From contig MCFE01000733.1 of assembly GCA_002104905.1 (NCBI GenBank), positions 1-41,615 of the forward strand: a DNA stretch of 41,615 nt, given 5' to 3'. The notes under the pieces were generated by a model. It did not search any database, had not been told where the DNA came from, and was given only the letters and a program-made list of their open reading frames with translations. Below, in pieces: positions 37,020-41,615 of the stretch (its first letter is position 1; every line of letters starts with the position of its first letter). The position numbers were made by a program, and so were the translations under genes. Origin of the DNA: Basidiobolus meristosporus CBS 931.73. Lineage: Eukaryota > Fungi > Basidiobolomycota.

Positions 37020-37681
37020 TCGGACACCATATTCAACTTTTTGAGGCTGGATTGGTAATGGAACGATCCAAGAACGTAACAGCAGCATGAATCTTGAAAC
37101 CTGAAATTAACTGCAGAATTTGACCAAGAGGCAGTGGTTGGCAAGTATGCGAATGAAGTCGTTGGGCATATCCCAACGAAGCCCAATTCCTTCATTTGTG
37201 AGGACTTTTTAAGCCACTGTGCTTGACACTTGCGTTCGACGGCTGTGGACTTGTCGACTGCAAGAGTAGCTGCTCATATCCCACCACCACATCGAACTCC
37301 ATCATTTCGTTCGTTGCATGGCTTCATGAGGCTCAATAAAACTCATTTGGGTAGACCAATCAGGTTTGCCGAATACAAGATTGGCTCTGAACCTAGGATA
37401 TATTTGGTAAGTGATGGATTGCTAATCAACGAGATTTTCGGAGCATCTCTTATAAAGGAAAACCGGTTGGTGATTAGAAAGCAGTTAACATTCCCTACTC
37501 CAGCAGTGACCGCATCGTATTCCCAGCGGCTCGTGGTATGGCGATTAAGCGGAAGTATCCTGCTGCCATCAAGGATTTGCTGCTGCAGATGTTGGAACAG
37601 ATATTCCTTTTGCGCGCGATCCAAATGTGTCAATAAATTTAGAATATCTGTTGGATTGGATATTGGGGCAATAGAAATCAT
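37020..37681 (-). pseudogene. Probable decayed gene (weak F-box/LRR-like flavour)
   Basis: 112-codon ORF MISIAPISNPTDILNLLTHL..YLFQHL, then frameshifted protein-like pieces (LRWDMPNDFIRILANHCLLV). Family assignment is only an impression. Confidence 0.25.
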
Positions 37682-37863
37682 CTAACCAACCAATTAGGCG
37701 TGTTGTATATGTATATGTCATGAGCCACTCATCCATCTAACCAGATAAGTCCTTGCTATTCGGACATTGCTACCCACCTCCTATGTGCGCCGTATCCATT
37801 CCTCATAATGAACGACCTATACATTGCCATTTCCCGCTCTCTTGTACTCTCTTACTACTCACC

Positions 37864-38280
37864 ATGTTGCTCACCCAGCCATTACCCCGCATAATGCATG
37901 GGCCCTTCCGTCACATGGGCACCAAAAATGCATGTAAACAAGGAAGGGAGAAGTGCTTGTCAACAGGAAGTGCCGGCATTGAGCAATATGTTCCCAGTCC
38001 AGCCAGATTCCTGTTCCAATTGCTGTAGAATTGTTGGTTTGCTATCTGCTGCTGGCGATCTCAGGATCGAATCAGATTGGATGAGAAGGGCGGGTGGGCA
38101 GCAAGGCATATGGCCGGTTCAGACGTTCACCACCTATCCCGGCCACTCCACCCGCGCAACCAGTAGGATGTGCATCGACCGAAGAACGAGCGGCTCGGTG
38201 TACTGCAGCGATCGATTAGGAGGGCACTTGTGAGGCATCCCTTCGGGCGCAAGGCACATGAAAATATCAATTTGTCTTGA
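37864..38280 (+). pseudogene. Decayed gene, inverted paralog of 34630-35350
   Basis: Segments PIAVELLVCYLLLAISGS and SPPIPATPPAQPVGC; shares ggttgcgcgggtggagtg, cctaatcg.tcg and ccgctcgttc with 35085-35160. Confidence 0.5.
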
Positions 38281-40425
38281 GTGACCTAGTGGAGAGACTT
38301 CAGGGAGGGTACAAGGTATTGGCTGAATTTTCATGGACTGAAACATGGAGAAGATGTGCATCCCTTTTAGATTAGTTTTCTGTTGCCCACGTTTTCTAAC
38401 CTCCGAGTTGGTATTTATAGTGAAATGGTGTTAAAATAAGACACCTCGTATATTTATATTACCCAAACCAGAGATAGCACAATCATATGTTCTTCCATTC
38501 CCTGGACTTCGGAAACCAAAACCAGCCTTCACGTATATACCACTCTGAGGCACACTTAATAGGTCGTACATCGGATCATGCAGGATCCAGCAAGTATTGC
38601 CGTGGGCTAGTATGTTATTCTAATACCAATCTTGCGCTATATATTTCGGGTGTCATCATTGGGCATGTACCGATCCCAATACAGGGGTCTTAAAGTAGAG
38701 TTAATTTTAGAATTAGGTTTGGTTTGGTTTTAGTGTATCTCTCAATTCTTTCCAACATTCATTGGAAGGACTGCTGACAATGCCAGCCGGAATCTACATT
38801 TGAAATGCTACACCATACCGGGGATCCGTCGAGCGGCTATACATACATCCTTTCCAAGTGCGCGCACCATGCCGCAGCGAAGTTGGCTCAAACACCAGTC
38901 GGGCGAGTTGAGGTTTGATCACGATATACACATATGTTGTGTGTATGGCTTGCACTATGCTTTGCAGGTGATATACAGTCGACCTTCACTGGAGAGTGTT
39001 GACAGAGACTAACGGGACGCTGCATAGACTGGCGGTCTAAACAGATTTTGGTACATGGATGAGAGTAGCTCTACAGTAGGTTTGTGCCATCAACATCAAT
39101 GCATGTTTGCCGTCGAGCCCTTGGTGCACCTGAGGAGCCAACTCTTGTCTTCGCGTCTAAGCAATAGCTGCATATACTAATCGGTTAACCTTAGAATTGG
39201 TAGCACTCCTCAGGAGTCCAAGTGCAGAGCAGAGCTAAAGGTGTGGGTAGGCTAGAGCAAGAATATTGGCAACCGCTGGAAGCCCGGCGCCAAGCCTTGC
39301 GTCTTTATCATATCTCCGCACTCTAACATATGCTATATTATGGCTATTCAGCCACATTACGCAGTGGCAAACATGTTAGCTCAAGGGCTACTAATACCCC
39401 ATTTTCTCTTTTAAACAGTGCGTTGCCCACTCACCAACTCAAGATCCATGCGTATAATTTGCAGAAGGGGAACAGCTTGAGTGGTTAGGCCGTTGCAATG
39501 TCTACGAGATGAATGACTAATAAATCGACAACAGTCAATGATTTCATATCCACCTTTTTCGGGTGTCCAGTTGATTTCTAGACATCACTCGCCCGTTGGA
39601 GTATGTTGCTACACAAATACGTGTCCTAGCAGTTGTGGTTTTGCCTTGGAAATGATGGTCTCTTTTATTTGTGCATATTCTTGTACTATGCATCCTATAT
39701 TCCAGATTTCTATCCAAAATGGTGGTTGATGGGAGAATAATGGCTGGTGTATCACAATGTCCTAGGGACTTGTTTACTGCATGTATACCTTCAGTCACGT
39801 TATAGCTAAACACCAACGATAGTCAAAAACCAATCCTTTCAAAACGATGGCTACCAAGATCCTTGACAATACCAACCAGAGCTGATCGCATGACTAGCGA
39901 AGTGGCAAGAATAAAGGTACACTTGGATATTGGCGTGTACATTACGTGACGTTACCCTTTGCTCGTGGATTCTGACGGGTATCATGGTATCTTGCGTTGC
40001 CTCTCTTACTCGATTGTGGATGGGAAATGCCCCGGCTCTGACATATCATTTACCTATGCGATCTCTGTGCCATTACAGCGGAGTCAGTTCTATTCAAGGT
40101 TAGGCTGTAGCCAGGGCTGGACTTATCTGGAAATATGTCTGAGGGGTACTGGCCATTATCATTATTCTTGCTCTTGATGCGTGATACGATTTTGGTATAT
40201 CCTTTACCCGTATAGTAAATTTGGATGGCATGCAAGTCACATTTGCAATCAATCACGTACAACGTCAACATAGGCCCCTGTATCAATACATGTACCAAAA
40301 AACCTTCGACAACACCCAAATGCGTTACCAATTATTCCTTCAGATTTCTGGCCTGTTTCACCTAGGCCCAGAGTATAACACACGTTCTATCAAGTCATTA
40401 TAAGGCCGGTCAGATACAGCTGGAC

Positions 40426-40445
40426 TTAGGGTTAGGGTTAGGGTT
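40426..40445 (+). repeat. Interstitial telomeric tract (TTAGGG)3TT
   Basis: ttagggttagggttagggtt, same orientation as the terminal telomere, ~935 bp internal to it. Confidence 0.95.
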
Positions 40446-41066
40446 CTAGTGCTTTATTGGGAAATTTGCACAAGAAGTGCAATCTTGAAATATGACAAAG
40501 TCATATGAGTATAGCAACTATTATAAAATGAAAACTACTTTGCCAGTAAAAGGGGTGAAGGAAACTGTAAAAGCTATAAAGGAAAAGTTGGGGACACAAG
40601 AAATTTACAGTACCATTCATTGCCCTACACTGCAAGTAAGCTCAAGGAACATATGGGGAAGCTTTACCAGACTGAACTAAAGAATCTTGCTTCAGATCAC
40701 AAAGGAAACAATGAGGACTGCAGAAGCTTTAAAGGAAACCAAGGTTCCCATAGTGATGGCTGACTGGGAAATCTACAGAAGCATTCACTGATCCAAAAGA
40801 AGGAGGCAAGAGGCTAGAGTAATGTCATCAAAAGAAAATGAACCATCAGCTGAAGTTCAGGCACATGCATCAAGTCCAATCATGCCAAAGACAGCTGCAG
40901 AAGCTTGAAAGGAAACAGAAAGTCTCCATTGGGGTGACTCCAGGGGAAATCCACAGTCAGCCCTTTACATCACCAGAGGTGGGCAGTGTCTGAAAGAAAG
41001 GAAAGAAAGAGCAAGAGAAAAGGGAAGGAAAAAGGAAGGAGAGAAGAATGGGGTGGGTGGGTGGGA
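40446..41066. other. CpG-free subtelomeric block between the interstitial tract and the 86-bp array
   Basis: No CG dinucleotide seen; internal ~177-bp-period duplication; minus-strand AATAAA at 40453-40458; purine tract 40992-41049; G4 motif 41050-41065. Confidence 0.7.
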
Positions 41067-41386
41067 AATCTTATAGGTGAAGGATCTTGTTAAAGATCAC
41101 ATCACTAGGTTAGGGGAGATTGTTAGGGAAGGAGCATCAGGTCAGAAGACCCAATCTTATAGGTGAAGGATCTTGTTAAAGATCACATCACTAGGTTAGG
41201 GGAGATTGTTAGGGAAGGAGCATCAGGTCAGAAGACCCAATCTTATAGGTGAAGGATCTTGTTAAAGATCACATCACTAGGTTAGGGGAGATTGTTAGGG
41301 AAGGAGCATCAGGTCAGAAGACCCAATCTTATAGGTGAAGGATCTTGTTAAAGATCACATCACTAGGTTAGGGGAGATTGTTAGGG
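41067..41386 (+). repeat. Telomere-adjacent tandem repeat, 86-bp unit, 3 full copies plus 62 bp, all identical
   Basis: Unit aatcttataggtgaaggatcttgttaaagatcacatcactaggTTAGGGgagattgTTAGGGaaggagcatcaggtcagaagaccc starts at 41067, 41153, 41239 and 41325. Confidence 0.98.
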
Positions 41387-41615
41387 TTAGGGTTAGGGTT
41401 AGGGTTAGGGTTAGGGTTAGGGTTAGGGTTAGGGTTAGGGTTAGGGTTAGGGTTAGGGTTAGGGTTAGGGTTAGGGTTAGGGTTAGGGTTAGGGTTAGGG
41501 TTAGGGTTAGGGTTAGGGTTAGGGTTAGGGTTAGGGTTAGGGTTAGGGTTAGGGTTAGGGTTAGGGTTAGGGTTAGGGTTAGGGTTAGGGTTAGGGTTAG
41601 GGTTAGGGTTAGGGT
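41381..41615 (+). repeat. Telomere, (TTAGGG)39
   Basis: Perfect hexamer array running to the end of the sequence. Confidence 0.99.

Noticed and set aside
38713-38733. ttaggtttggtttggttttag as a degenerate telomere scar
   Set aside because: No perfect TTAGGG unit and no compositional break around it; compatible with a simple (TTTGG)n run.
41067-41386. CRISPR-like or hammerhead/retrozyme interpretation of the 86-bp repeats
   Set aside because: Units are head-to-tail with no spacers and no cas genes. Neither strand has the hammerhead core (CUGANGA plus GAAA); the closest is CTGATGC with no GAAA.

Overview
Right-hand end of a eukaryotic chromosome, almost certainly fungal (60-75 nt GT-AG introns with CTAAC branch sites, TTAGGG telomere). 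The lineage cannot be fixed from sequence alone. The window has three zones. (1) 1-~18.6 kb is an AT-rich, almost CpG-free transposon graveyard. It holds a decayed CACTA/EnSpm-type element, several nested or duplicated copies of one Ty1/Copia family (349-bp LTRs, GGTTATGAGCCC primer-binding site), a ~1.07-kb solo LTR and an inverted, diverged LTR. (2) ~18.7-40.4 kb is CpG-normal gene space with an orphan NLS-bearing gene, a full-length ABCB/MDR transporter, NSA2, pyridoxal kinase, a small BTB/POZ gene and several decayed gene relics, including an inverted paralog pair. (3) 40.4-41.6 kb is an unusual terminal module: an internal (TTAGGG)3 tract, ~620 bp of CpG-free DNA, a purine tract with a perfect G-quadruplex motif, and 3.7 identical 86-bp repeats that each carry two TTAGGG seeds. 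The true telomere (39 repeats) starts exactly at one of those seeds. This terminal module is the best candidate for an undescribed system, either a telomere-targeted element or recombination/rolling-circle telomere extension.
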